Below are positions 49,751 through 59,349 of a DNA stretch of 64,000 nucleotides, piece by piece. Location: positions 24,626-88,625 of the forward strand of contig JAKPPT010000092.1 of assembly GCA_029547205.1 (NCBI GenBank), written 5' to 3'. A program made the position numbers and the translations under genes. Below the pieces are notes generated by a model. The model did no database searches, was not told the origin of the DNA, and worked only from the letters and a program-made list of their open reading frames with translations. Numbering within the stretch: position 1 is the first letter of the stretch; every line of letters starts with the position of its first letter. The stretch is from Spirochaetota bacterium (GTDB taxonomy: Bacteria; Spirochaetota; Spirochaetia; Treponematales; UBA12059).

Positions 49751-50338
49751 CTATAAAGCAATTCTTCCTCTAAACGAATGTGCAAGAGTGATTCTATCTG
49801 CATATTCAAGATCACCCCCAAATGGAATACCAGTTGCAAGTTTCGTTACACTTACTGAATATTCAGCAAACAACTTCTTTATATACAAAGCGGTTGTGTC
49901 TCCTTCCACAGTTGGATTTGTGGCTATAACCAATTCCTTAACCTGAAGCCTTTGAACACGTTTTTGCAAAAGGTCGAGCGTTAGCGCCTCTGGTCCTACT
50001 CCATCGAGTGGTGAAATGAGCCCTCCAAGTACATGGTATAGCCCATGAAATTCTTGCGAAGCCTCAATTGTCAATACATCTTGGGGCTGCTCTACCACAC
50101 AAATTATTGATTTATCCCGCAAAGGCGATGAACAAATAGGACAAGGATCTGTTTCGGTATATGACCCGCATTCTGGACAAAAGTGTACAACACTTTTTAA
50201 CTGCCTGATTGATTCAGCAAGAGCTTCTGCAAAATCATAATTTGAACGCAAAATATAGAATGCCATTCGCGATGCTGTTTTTTTCCCTATTCCAGGCAGC
50301 CGAGACAATAGATTTACCGTATCATCAAGCGTTTTCAT
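49751..50338 (-). CDS. recR: Recombination protein RecR
   Basis: LPGIGKKTA helix-hairpin-helix, C4 zinc finger and Toprim region. Confidence 0.92.
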   Translation of the reverse strand: MKTLDDTVNLLSRLPGIGKKTASRMAFYILRSNYDFAEALAESIRQLKSVVHFCPECGSYTETDPCPICSSPLRDKSIICVVEQPQDVLTIEASQEFHGLYHVLGGLISPLDGVGPEALTLDLLQKRVQRLQVKELVIATNPTVEGDTTALYIKKLFAEYSVSVTKLATGIPFGGDLEYADRITLAHSFRGRIAL

Positions 50339-50339
50339 A

Positions 50340-50696
50340 CTATTGTTTGAACAAATTATTAAAAATTGAGCTGAGATCTTCTGGATTTATTCCACCTGGC
50401 AATCCTGCAGCATTGGCAGGAATAATATCTTTCATTGCTTCTTTTAATTTAGCCTGAGCGTCATTATATGCTGCTTTAAACAAGTCTTGAACAATAACAA
50501 CATCTCCTGAAGCAAAAATCTCTGGTGACAGGTATACATTTGTTATTTGCATAGCACCATTGAGCGTTACAGATGCCATATTCCCCCCAGCAGTTCCTGT
50601 CACACTCACCTTAGCTAATCGCTCCTGAGTTTCTTTGACTTGCTGTTGTAAAAGCGCTGGATTGCTAAGCATCTTAAAAAGATCCGATATTTCCAT
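50340..50696 (-). CDS. ybaB: Nucleoid-associated protein YbaB/EbfC
   Basis: 118 aa, positioned between dnaX and recR. The sequence style fits the family. Confidence 0.8.
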   Translation of the reverse strand: MEISDLFKMLSNPALLQQQVKETQERLAKVSVTGTAGGNMASVTLNGAMQITNVYLSPEIFASGDVVIVQDLFKAAYNDAQAKLKEAMKDIIPANAAGLPGGINPEDLSSIFNNLFKQ

Positions 50697-50700
50697 ATTG

Positions 50701-52563
50701 TTATTCCTCCGTCAATCGAGTTCCCCTGAATACCTTTTCAACTATTTGCGCAGGACTTTCAGTTGTACCAGAATCTTCTATCTCATGAGATTCTTGACTA
50801 TGCTCGGTTGAATTTTGCACAACATATGCATGTATTTGAATAACTCGATTAAACACTTTTTGTAAAATAGGATTGATTACCGAACTTTCTGCATTAATTT
50901 TATCTGCCTCAAAATTTGAAACACAGGATACTTCTAACCTGTCACCCTTTATCGACCAATCTTCTGTTCTGGAAAGAATCGCATTAAGCATCAAATTTTG
51001 CTTACCCAGTGCAGTAATTACCCTCTCCTTTTCAGCTATTGCAGTATCAGTAGCAGAATCTGACTGTTCAGAAATATAACCACTGGAATCTACACTTTTG
51101 CCGCGAGAAACCGCGATTGAAACTGCGCCGATGCCTGGTTTAACTGCACTGGTGCCAGGTTTCCCATCACCGATGCCAGGTTTAGTTGCGCTAGCAGTGC
51201 TAACTGTACTGGTACCAGGTTTTGAATCGACTGCTGATGCACCTCGGCTACTACCCACCATGTTGGCCTCGCTGGCCAGTTCAACGGTGCCAGGTTTAGT
51301 TGCGCTGGAAACTGCGCTGGTGCCAGGTTTCCCATCAGGTTTATTTGATTTATCCACTGAAGAAGCTTGAGAACTCAATGAGATTAGTTTTTCTGCAATT
51401 CCACTTGCGTTTTGAGTATTCCCTTCACTAAGAGCATGTTTCAAATTGGTTAAGATTTCAAAAATCTCAGAACGTGAAATAAGCGCTCGTATTTCACAGA
51501 GCATTACCAATGCAAGTTCTATTTCATATCGGGGGTTAACGCTGTACCGCATGTTTCTATAGATATCAAGAAGCACAGCAAGCATCCGTTCCAGGTGTCG
51601 TGTTTCGAGCGCTGACACTTGTTCCGGCACTGATTCTTTTGAAAACCCTAAAAGTTCCTGTTTCTCGACACCAGCTTTTATAAAAAGGAGCGTACGAACA
51701 TATTGAATAGTATCAACTAAGAGCTGCTCAATTGAAACACCTGAAGATACAATTGATTCAACAAGTTCGATTGTTTTAGCCTTATCTCCTTGTGCTACCG
51801 TGCTTATCAGCATACCAATTCGTTCAGAACCGACAATACCTAGTTTATCCTGAATTACCGACAGCCTGATATGTCCCTCAGAAAATGAAGCCACTTGATC
51901 AAACATGGTATACGCATCGCGGAGAGAACCAGTTGCCTCTCGCGCTATCCACATGAGCGCATCATCATCAGCCACAATACCTAAATCCTGCGCTGCCGAT
52001 GCAAGCCTTTCCTTAATAACAGCAAGCGGAATCAATCTAAAAACAAATTGCTGACACCGGCTGCGGATGGTAGCTGGTACCTTATGCAGTTCAGTCGTTG
52101 CAAATATAAAAACAATATATGGCGGAGGTTCTTCGATAGTTTTCAACAGTGCATTAAAGGCACTGTTAGAGAGCATGTGTACTTCATCAATAATGTAGAT
52201 TTTATATTTAGAGAAGTTAGGCGGGAAAAGCACCTCATCTTTAATTTGACGTACATTATCAACTGACGTGTTGGACGCACCATCAATTTCAATAACATCC
52301 AATGACGCACCTTTGGTGATAGCATGACACGAATTGCATACCCCGCATGGTTCTGCGGTTGGCCCTCGTTCACAATTGAGAGATTTTGCAAGTATTCGTG
52401 CTGTACTTGTTTTACCGCAACCTCGAGGACCAGAGAAAAGATATGCATGCGCTATCCTTCCCGATTCTATTGAAGCCTTGAGCGTAATCGAAACAAAATC
52501 CTGTCCCGCCAGCTCATCAAAATTCTGAGGCCGCTTGCGGTTTGCTGTCACTTCATACGCCAT
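50701..52563 (-). CDS. dnaX: DNA polymerase III subunit gamma/tau, with repeat-derived insert
   Basis: GPRGCGKTS, zinc module CERGPTAEPCGVCNSC, and DEVHML. The variable region carries KPGT repeats. Confidence 0.93.
   Translation of the reverse strand: MAYEVTANRKRPQNFDELAGQDFVSITLKASIESGRIAHAYLFSGPRGCGKTSTARILAKSLNCERGPTAEPCGVCNSCHAITKGASLDVIEIDGASNTSVDNVRQIKDEVLFPPNFSKYKIYIIDEVHMLSNSAFNALLKTIEEPPPYIVFIFATTELHKVPATIRSRCQQFVFRLIPLAVIKERLASAAQDLGIVADDDALMWIAREATGSLRDAYTMFDQVASFSEGHIRLSVIQDKLGIVGSERIGMLISTVAQGDKAKTIELVESIVSSGVSIEQLLVDTIQYVRTLLFIKAGVEKQELLGFSKESVPEQVSALETRHLERMLAVLLDIYRNMRYSVNPRYEIELALVMLCEIRALISRSEIFEILTNLKHALSEGNTQNASGIAEKLISLSSQASSVDKSNKPDGKPGTSAVSSATKPGTVELASEANMVGSSRGASAVDSKPGTSTVSTASATKPGIGDGKPGTSAVKPGIGAVSIAVSRGKSVDSSGYISEQSDSATDTAIAEKERVITALGKQNLMLNAILSRTEDWSIKGDRLEVSCVSNFEADKINAESSVINPILQKVFNRVIQIHAYVVQNSTEHSQESHEIEDSGTTESPAQIVEKVFRGTRLTEE
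51130..51331. repeat. Six in-CDS motif copies inside dnaX
   Basis: GATGCCTGGTTTA 51130, GGTGCCAGGTTTC 51151, GATGCCAGGTTTA 51172, GGTACCAGGTTTT 51211, GGTGCCAGGTTTA 51286, GGTGCCAGGTTTC 51319. Confidence 0.9.
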
Positions 52564-52579
52564 GCGTTTAGCATATCAT

Positions 52580-53070
52580 GGTGCCAGGTTTATAGTAAAC
52601 TAGGCAACAGGTTATTGTTATTTTTGTTTTTTTGGTACCAGGTATCAGATTTTGTTTGCTGCGCCAAGCCATTGGCGAAAACCTTCGGTGCCAGGAAAAC
52701 CTTCGGTGCCAGGTATCTAATAGCTGAATGTTTCATGAAAACCATTGGTGCCAGGTAATACATGGCCAAGTCTTTGAGAAGATTTTAGGTGTCAAGTTTC
52801 CCTAGCATATAGGTTTATGATAACATTTTCCCAGCATGCAAATGCACATGGCCAAGTATGCGGTGCCAGGTTTCTGATAGTTAAGTATACGGTGCCAGGT
52901 TTCTGATAGCTACCAGGTTTCTGATAGCTATAGCTAAGTATAGCTAAGTATGCGGTGCCAGGTTTCTGATAGCTAAAATATTGGATTTATGACACGTTTT
53001 ATTGACTACACGTAATCCGACAAGCAGTCCGGTGCCAGGTATCTCTAGATACGGTGCCAGGTATCTCTAG
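52580..53070. repeat. Intergenic repeat cluster B (~12 copies, GGTGCCAGG orientation)
   Basis: Begins 17 nt upstream of the dnaX ATG. Includes local tandems such as CGGTGCCAGGTTTCTGATAGCTA and CGGTGCCAGGTATCTCTAGATA (x2). Confidence 0.9.
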
Positions 53071-53159
53071 ATATAACCTCTATCTATGTAGCAATAATAT
53101 GGCAATACGAGAAGAACAGACAATTAAACGGGGAAAATTACAAATTAGCTATTAACCGT

Positions 53160-53292
53160 GTGGGTTCCTGCAACCATAAGGTCAGGCTTGGCATGGCACA
53201 AGATCATTCTGCTTACCGTTGCTTCCTTCCGGACCTGGCGGGGTTAGGCAGCGAACCTTTGCATGGAGCCTGACCATATTGTTGCAGGAAAA
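53160..53292 (-). ncRNA. ffs: Signal recognition particle RNA (small/4.5S type)
   Basis: The minus strand reads ...CCAGGUCCGGAAGGAAGCAACGGUAAGCAG..., matching the conserved domain IV core. The flanking arms UUCCUGCAAC..GGUCAGGCU and AGCCUGACC..GUUGCAGGAA pair into one long hairpin. Classic position upstream of dnaX. Confidence 0.8.
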
Positions 53293-53360
53293 TAGTACCG
53301 CCCATTTTGATATTAGTAGTCTTGCTATCAGTTATTAGCGGCTATTGATATTTTAAAATA

Positions 53361-53448
53361 CGGAGAGAGAGGGATTTGAACCCTCGGTGCCCTTTAGGAG
53401 CACACACGACTTCCAATCGTGCACCTTCGGCCGCTCGGTCATCTCTCC
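53361..53448 (-). tRNA. tRNA-Ser (anticodon GGA)
   Basis: Minus strand: GGAGAGA acceptor stem, anticodon stem CACGA/TCGTG with loop TTGGAAG, long variable arm, and T-arm GGTTCAAATCC. CCA is not encoded. Confidence 0.88.
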
Positions 53449-53630
53449 AAAATCAGTCTTGATAATAACAAAGCAAGCCACTTTTGGCAAGCCAATGAGC
53501 ATTAAAACAAGCCATTAGATCAAAAAAGCGTGAATCTTACCGAAGTTGAAACAATATCTAAAATTTACTAAAGATTTTGGTCATTGAAATGACCACTCAT
53601 AAAAGGTTTTAATGCAAAGATAAAAGATAA

Positions 53631-54173
53631 TTATGTTGCAATAACTGAACTAAAGTCATAGTTTTCTTGAGAAAATTTTTCATATAGATTTTTAATTTCA
53701 TCGCTTATCCAATTTAAAAATATTTTAAAGCCCTTTTTAAAAAATAACAAACCACTCCAAAACCACTCGTCTGGCCTTTTTACCATTTTTGCTTTCACAG
53801 GATTTAAAATTATATATTTCAAAACACGTTCTACATCCTGTATTCTCATCAACGGCTCTGAAAAATATCTACCAGCCCAAAAATGTCCTACTAAATCGTT
53901 AATTGCATTAAATTTCTTTGCAAACGTTACTAAAAGCCTTTGCATTATCTTAGGAAGCTCCTTACAATCCCTTGGTTTAATAAGCAGATGAATATGATTA
54001 TCCATTAAAGTAAAACCTTCTACATTAAACTGATACTCTTTTTGCAACTTTTTTAATATTTTCATAAACATCTTTTTTAGACCAGAACGTTGCAGAAAGT
54101 AAGTTTGATAATTCGTTCGCGCTGTAATATGATACGTTGCCCCTGGAATTAGCAATCTCGGTTTTCTTGGCAT
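53631..54173 (-). CDS. rayT: REP-associated tyrosine transposase (RAYT; IS200/IS605-like Y1 HUH family)
   Basis: 180 aa. YHITARTN, HUH motif DNHIHLLIKP, GHFWAGRYFSEP, and the catalytic-Tyr motif KYIILNPVKAKMV. Single gene with no IS ends or tnpB. Visibly more AT-rich than its neighbours. Confidence 0.8.
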   Translation of the reverse strand: MPRKPRLLIPGATYHITARTNYQTYFLQRSGLKKMFMKILKKLQKEYQFNVEGFTLMDNHIHLLIKPRDCKELPKIMQRLLVTFAKKFNAINDLVGHFWAGRYFSEPLMRIQDVERVLKYIILNPVKAKMVKRPDEWFWSGLLFFKKGFKIFLNWISDEIKNLYEKFSQENYDFSSVIAT

Positions 54174-54307
54174 TTTGATTCCTCCTAATTAAAGGTAAAA
54201 ATATTAAGTTTTCTCCTACTTTAATTGATTAAATTTAAGTGATTAAACAATCACATCTAAATATACTTGCTGGCAAACTCTCTTGCATGCAGAGAAATCC
54301 ATGCAGT

Positions 54308-54469
54308 GAAACCTGACACCATAAATCCAGAAACCTGACACCATAATTTTTTAAGTTCTAGTTTTGGTGGCAGGTTTCTAATTTTCTACAAGAAGTGCGC
54401 TTATTGGTGCTTGTGAAGCATTTAGCTGTGATTCGTACCATGTTTCCATGTTTCTCGGTGCCAGGTTTC
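54308..54469. repeat. Repeat cluster C upstream of RAYT (2 copies in each orientation)
   Basis: GAAACCTGACACC at 54308 and 54330. GGTGGCAGGTTTC at 54366 and GGTGCCAGGTTTC at 54457. Confidence 0.85.
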
Positions 54470-54532
54470 CCTCTAGCCAATAACCAAAGATATGCGCCCA
54501 TTGGCGCCTGTGAGGCGCCTAACCGGGCGCAC

Positions 54533-54566
54533 ATAAAAAAAGCTGCCTACTTTCGTAGGCAGCTTC
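54533..54566 (-). terminator. Rho-independent terminator of the OMP gene
   Basis: Minus strand: AAGCTGCCTAC-GAAA-GTAGGCAGCTT followed by TTTTTTT, about 28 nt after the stop. Confidence 0.85.
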
Positions 54567-54593
54567 GCTGTTACTTACTAGATTTCTAAAGAA

Positions 54594-55625
54594 TTAGAAA
54601 TTGAAAATGCATAATGCATAAACATTGTAAGTAGAATCATCAGCAACACCAGCCGTTGTTGACATATCATAGTTCATACCAAGTTCTATAGAACCTTTTT
54701 TAAGCGCATAGGTAACGGATGGATTAATATTAAATGCCCATGTTTCTTCTGCAGCTCCTAAAGCATAAGTTAAACTGAGTTTTGGAGTATATTTATCTAT
54801 TGTATAAGAAACTGCAGGATTCACTGTAAGAGCTAATGCTGTATTAGGTGCAGTAACATCAGCATATATATCCTGGTCTAAATACAGCTCGAGAGTAAGC
54901 GCATCCATTGCATAGGCAAAATATTCTGAAACAAAGAAAGCTTCTCTGCCAGCGGTATCGTCACCTAAATTGAATACTTTTCCTTCAATATATACATCTA
55001 AATTCTCAATGGCTGAAATATATGCACTAAACATAAGATCGCTGAAAACTGCTGCATCCTCTGCATTTACTCTTGGATCAAGATCATAAACCAGGGCAAA
55101 ATCACCAATTCCTTCTGCAGAATATGAAACACCAATTGCAGTGTCTTTCAGAACATTTACTGGAGGAACAGTACCTGCAATACTCATTGGCATAAAGGTA
55201 CCTATTTTTAATCCTGCGATGGGTGAAACTATTGTTTCAAGACCAGTTGCTCCATCAAAATTACCAAACGCCCATACAGCACCTTTAGCAAATGTATAAT
55301 CGCCAAGCTTGCCTACATTGAACTGTAGTAAGCCATCAAACAATTTTGCCCAACCAAAAGCGCGAGTAAATGCTGGTGCAGTGAAATCGTTGCTCTGGAG
55401 ACGGAAAGCAATTCCCATGTCTTCATTTGAATAAGAACCATTCAGGCGTACACGGGTTCCAGGTGTTCCATAATAACGTATCAATTGCGTAGTGTCATTT
55501 GCAGAATCATACCAGAAACCAGTGTATACAGCACCACTCCACTTGAGTGCTGGTGCTGCATCCTGCGCAAATACAAATGCGCCAACGAGAGCAAAGGCTA
55601 TAAGGAAAGCTAGTGCTTTCTTCAT
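54594..55625 (-). CDS. Outer-membrane beta-barrel/porin-like protein
   Basis: 343 aa with signal peptide MKKALAFLIAFALVGAFVFAQ. Alternating beta pattern. C-terminal ...CIFNF. Strong RBS and terminator. Confidence 0.65.
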   Translation of the reverse strand: MKKALAFLIAFALVGAFVFAQDAAPALKWSGAVYTGFWYDSANDTTQLIRYYGTPGTRVRLNGSYSNEDMGIAFRLQSNDFTAPAFTRAFGWAKLFDGLLQFNVGKLGDYTFAKGAVWAFGNFDGATGLETIVSPIAGLKIGTFMPMSIAGTVPPVNVLKDTAIGVSYSAEGIGDFALVYDLDPRVNAEDAAVFSDLMFSAYISAIENLDVYIEGKVFNLGDDTAGREAFFVSEYFAYAMDALTLELYLDQDIYADVTAPNTALALTVNPAVSYTIDKYTPKLSLTYALGAAEETWAFNINPSVTYALKKGSIELGMNYDMSTTAGVADDSTYNVYALCIFNF

Positions 55626-55762
55626 GAATGTCCTCCTTAAAGGATTTTTTTAGTAAGCTGGGGGCACTGGTGCACGACCCTGTCTCCCCATACTTTTGTT
55701 GTAAGTATACCAGCACGAATTTTAGCTGTCAAGTTTTTTTTTCAGGAATAACGTAACCTTTC

Positions 55763-55915
55763 GGTGCCAGGTATCAGGTATATCAAATATTGTCAGGTAT
55801 CAGGTATTTCAAATATTGTTATGTAATGATGTATTGTTGAGCAGCCAGCGAGTGCCAGGAATATTACCAAACTTATTTCCAGACTTATTTCAGCGGTGCC
55901 AGGTTTCGCCCCTGG
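55763..55915. repeat. Intergenic repeat cluster D
   Basis: CGGTGCCAGGTATCAGGTAT, GTCAGGTATCAGGTAT, GAGTGCCAGGAAT, and CGGTGCCAGGTTTCGCCCCTGG at 55894-55915. Confidence 0.85.
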
Positions 55916-56159
55916 ATTTTTCTCTACGGGTGCGTCGATATTTGACATACCAAGTATAAAATCAGTAAACTAACGGTTGCATAACAGCTGCGATTTGGCT
56001 TAGTTTTAATTTTTATTTAGTTTTACCCTATTTTGCCGAGTATAAAATCAGTAAATTAAAAAACCGTGCATTTATCGATAATCCATTATAAAATTACATA
56101 AGACGAGGCTTGATTCAACACAGGCCTGGATATTTTGTTCGATTGGAGCTATTGATAGT

Positions 56160-57788
56160 ATGATTAAGCTATTTTTCCCGCTAAAACACCGCGAAAATCT
56201 CCCTATTGAATTCATTAAACGTGTACCTATACTCATCAACACAAATTTTATACTTATTCTTTATTTTGTGTTCGCTTCATTTACACGGTATCGAGCTGAC
56301 CCAGAAGCTACTCGTATATTTTTTATTGCAGTACTGGCTTCATGCTCCTCATTTGTAATATCGCTGATGCTCATCCGATTCAAGCATTATATCATTGCAT
56401 CGACCTTCTCAATGTTGGGGATTTTTTTAAACAGTCTCTGGATTGGGATTTTGCTACCGCTCACTAACTACATGGATTTATATCGATTTTCAGTCTATAT
56501 TATCGCTGCAAGCACGGTAAATATCTTACTTTCCTTCAGGCGGCTTCAAATATGGCTCTATAGCATTACAACTTTTGCAGCATTCGTGTGTGTTTCGCTG
56601 TTTTACTATGCGCCTCGTTTTGGCGGTTTTACGGGTGAAATTAGAACGATATTTACCACGCTTTCAATGTTATACATTGCCGTTACAATTGTTTTCTTCA
56701 TTATCAACAAAATCTCTACAGATCTACTGACCGTAGCTAATGTGGAAATGCAAAAAAACAAAGCAAAGGCTGATGCTTTAAACGAGCTCATTCGCAATAC
56801 TAAAAACACCATGAAAGTCGGCGCTGATCTTGTGGAATATGCAGGACAGAGTACCGCTAGCGCTAATCAAATTAAAAACGAACTCCTCTCGATTGCAGAC
56901 TCAGCTCGAAAACTTTCCACCGATGCAACATGTGCCGATGAAACAAACCGTGGCATCGTCGAGTTTGCCCAAAAAATGCAGGAAGCAGTAGACAATCAGA
57001 ACTCATTTCTCCAGGAAACAAGCAGTGCTGTTACAGAAATTATGACTACAATCCAGAACATAGCGCAGCTTGCTGAGCAAAAAAAGTCGATAATGAATGC
57101 GGTTGTCAATAAAATTGAAGCACAGGGCAATGAAATAAAAAAACTTACCGAGGGCTTTGAAGCAATTCAGGAATCTTCTCGCAGTGTACTGTCAGTCATA
57201 TCGAGCATTCTCGATATTTCAGAGAAAACAAACATGCTCGCAATGAACGCCTCGATCGAGGCTGCACATGCCGGTGCAGCAGGTAAAGGCTTTGCAGTCA
57301 TTTCAGGAGAAATTCGCAAACTCTCTTCAGAAACACAGGTAAGCACGCAACTCATCAGTCAGGCACTCTCTCGCAATCAGGAAGTCATCGATACCGCATC
57401 AAACTTGATACATCGGTATACCGCAAGCCTTAAAGATGTCATTGAGGACGTTCGCGATACTTTTAATTCATTTGAAGAAATTATTGCCGGCTTGAGCGAA
57501 ATCAATATAGGGGCAAAAGAACTAACCACCGCAACAGGCAACATGGTCAACATATCAGCAGAGACCCGAGAAACCATAAAAGGCGTAGCCACGCAGATTT
57601 CGGACAGCTCCGCAAGCATTGAACACATCTCATCATTTGCATGCGCACTCGACGAGCGCATCAACAAACTCAAAGAGGACTTTGCCCGCATCGAAGCCAT
57701 TATCCAGCAAATCCGAAACATCGGCGATCTCAACATCGAGCAAATCAAACGCCTCGAGACCGAACTCGATACCATTACCGGCAGGTAA
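56160..57788 (+). CDS. Methyl-accepting chemotaxis protein with multi-TM N-terminal domain
   Basis: 542 aa with the highly conserved signalling hairpin [35 protein letters not shown]. Confidence 0.88.
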   Translation: MIKLFFPLKHRENLPIEFIKRVPILINTNFILILYFVFASFTRYRADPEATRIFFIAVLASCSSFVISLMLIRFKHYIIASTFSMLGIFLNSLWIGILLPLTNYMDLYRFSVYIIAASTVNILLSFRRLQIWLYSITTFAAFVCVSLFYYAPRFGGFTGEIRTIFTTLSMLYIAVTIVFFIINKISTDLLTVANVEMQKNKAKADALNELIRNTKNTMKVGADLVEYAGQSTASANQIKNELLSIADSARKLSTDATCADETNRGIVEFAQKMQEAVDNQNSFLQETSSAVTEIMTTIQNIAQLAEQKKSIMNAVVNKIEAQGNEIKKLTEGFEAIQESSRSVLSVISSILDISEKTNMLAMNASIEAAHAGAAGKGFAVISGEIRKLSSETQVSTQLISQALSRNQEVIDTASNLIHRYTASLKDVIEDVRDTFNSFEEIIAGLSEINIGAKELTTATGNMVNISAETRETIKGVATQISDSSASIEHISSFACALDERINKLKEDFARIEAIIQQIRNIGDLNIEQIKRLETELDTITGR

Positions 57789-57797
57789 TCTTAATCA

Positions 57798-59221
57798 AAT
57801 TAGCAACTCACTAGCGCCTCGCAGAAACCAAAACCTGGCACCTTTCTCCCCATTCTCTCAGATCCAACGAAACATGGCACCCTTTGGCCCTCCGCAACCG
57901 GGGACCCTTTATTGAGAAACCTGACACCGTTCTCCCCATTCTCTCAGACCCAACGAAACATGGCACCGTTCTCGCAGACCTCGCCGAAGAGCTGCGCCTA
58001 TCAAACCGAAACCTGGCACCATTCCCGCAAACCTAAAACCTGGAACCTGGAAACCTGGCACCGATCTCGCAGTTCTCAAAACCTGGAAACCTGGCACCGT
58101 TCTCGCAAACCTAAAACCTGGAACCTGGAAACCTGGCACCGATCTCGCAGTCCTCGCCGAAGAGCTGCGCCCATCAAACCGAAACCTGGCACCGTTCTCG
58201 CAGACCTCGCCTGGAAACCTGGCACCTTTCTCCCCATTCTCTCAGACCCAACGAAACCTGACACCTTTCTCGCAGTCCTCGCCGATTAAGAGCCGCGCCC
58301 ATCAAACCGAAACCTGAGGAAACCAACCTGGAAACCTGGCGCCCTTTATTGGGAAACCTGGCACCGTTCTCGTAGTCCCGATTCGAAACCTGGCACCCTT
58401 TGGCCCTCTGCAAATTAGCAACTCACTAGCGCCTCGCAGAAACCAAAACCTGGAAACCTGGAACCAAATGAAACATGGAAAGCAACCTGGAACCCGGAAA
58501 CCTGGAAACCAACCTGGAACCCGGAAACCTGGCACCAAATACTTTGAGACGCCCACCGCAACATGGGACCCCTTATTGAGAAACCTGGCACCTTTCTCCC
58601 CGTTCTCTCAGACCCAACGAAACCTGGCACCCTTTGGCCCTCTGCAACCTGGGACCCGGAAACCTGGAAACCTGGCGCCCTTTATTGGGAAACCTGGCAC
58701 CGTTCTCGTAGTCCCGATTCGAAACCTGGCACCATTCCCGCAGACATCGCCGATTAAGAGCTGCGCCCATCAAACCGAAACCTGGCACCCTTTGGCCCTC
58801 CGCAACCTGGCGCCCTTTATTGAGAAACCTGGCACCGTTCTCGCAGACATCGCCGATTAAGAGCTGCGCCTATCAAACCGAAACCTGACACCATGGCACT
58901 TGATTTCTTTCAAACCGAAACCTGGCACCGTTCTCGCAGTCCCGATTCGAAAACCTGGCACCGTTCTCGCAGTCCCGATTCGAAAACCTGGCACCGTTCT
59001 CGCAGTCCTCGCCGAAGAGCTGCACCCATCAAACCGAAACATGGAACCTGGCACCCTTTGGCCCTCCGCAACCTGGGACCCCTTATTGAGAAACCTGGCA
59101 CCGTTCTCGCAGTCCCGATTCGAAACCTGACACCATGGCACTTGATTTCTTTCAAACCGAAACCTGGCACCACGGCACTTCAGGCACTTATTTCTTAAGG
59201 CACCATGGCACTTGATTTCTT
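57798..59221. repeat. ~1.4 kb single-orientation array of GAAACCTGGCACC modules (about 30-35 copies by hand count)
   Basis: Every module starts with the core and carries one of about four tail types. Includes a 33-bp tandem (x3) at ~58915-59013. A higher-order repeat, AAATTAGCAACTCACTAGCGCCTCGCAGAAACCAAAACCTGG, occurs at 57798 and 58413. Confidence 0.95.
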
Positions 59222-59349
59222 AAAAAAATCTATTATTCTTTATTTGTGGAGTTTGTTTTGCTGTTTGTATTTGACAACTTGATTATGATAGTTCTATCAT
59301 ATATAGTAGATATAAAATATCAAACAATATCATTTGCAAGAGGGGTACC

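Noticed and set aside
53631-54173. Complete IS200/IS605 insertion sequence
   Set aside because: There is only a single Y1 transposase-like gene, with no tnpB and no recognisable IS-end hairpins directly abutting it. The RAYT interpretation fits better.
54395-54589. 64-aa ORF between RAYT and the OMP gene
   Set aside because: It spans a repeat copy, the GC-rich palindromic element and the OMP terminator, so it is almost certainly non-coding.
57619-59198. About 20 overlapping track ORFs (for example 57912-58289, 58468-58860, 58893-59198) as Pro/Gly/Thr/Trp-rich proteins
   Set aside because: They occupy all six frames of the same repeats, have no RBS, and exist only because the core lacks stop codons in every frame.
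57798-59221. CRISPR array
   Set aside because: The units are not separated by unique spacers of constant length. The material between cores belongs to about four recurring tail families, spacing is irregular (about 10-60 nt), and no cas genes or leader are present.
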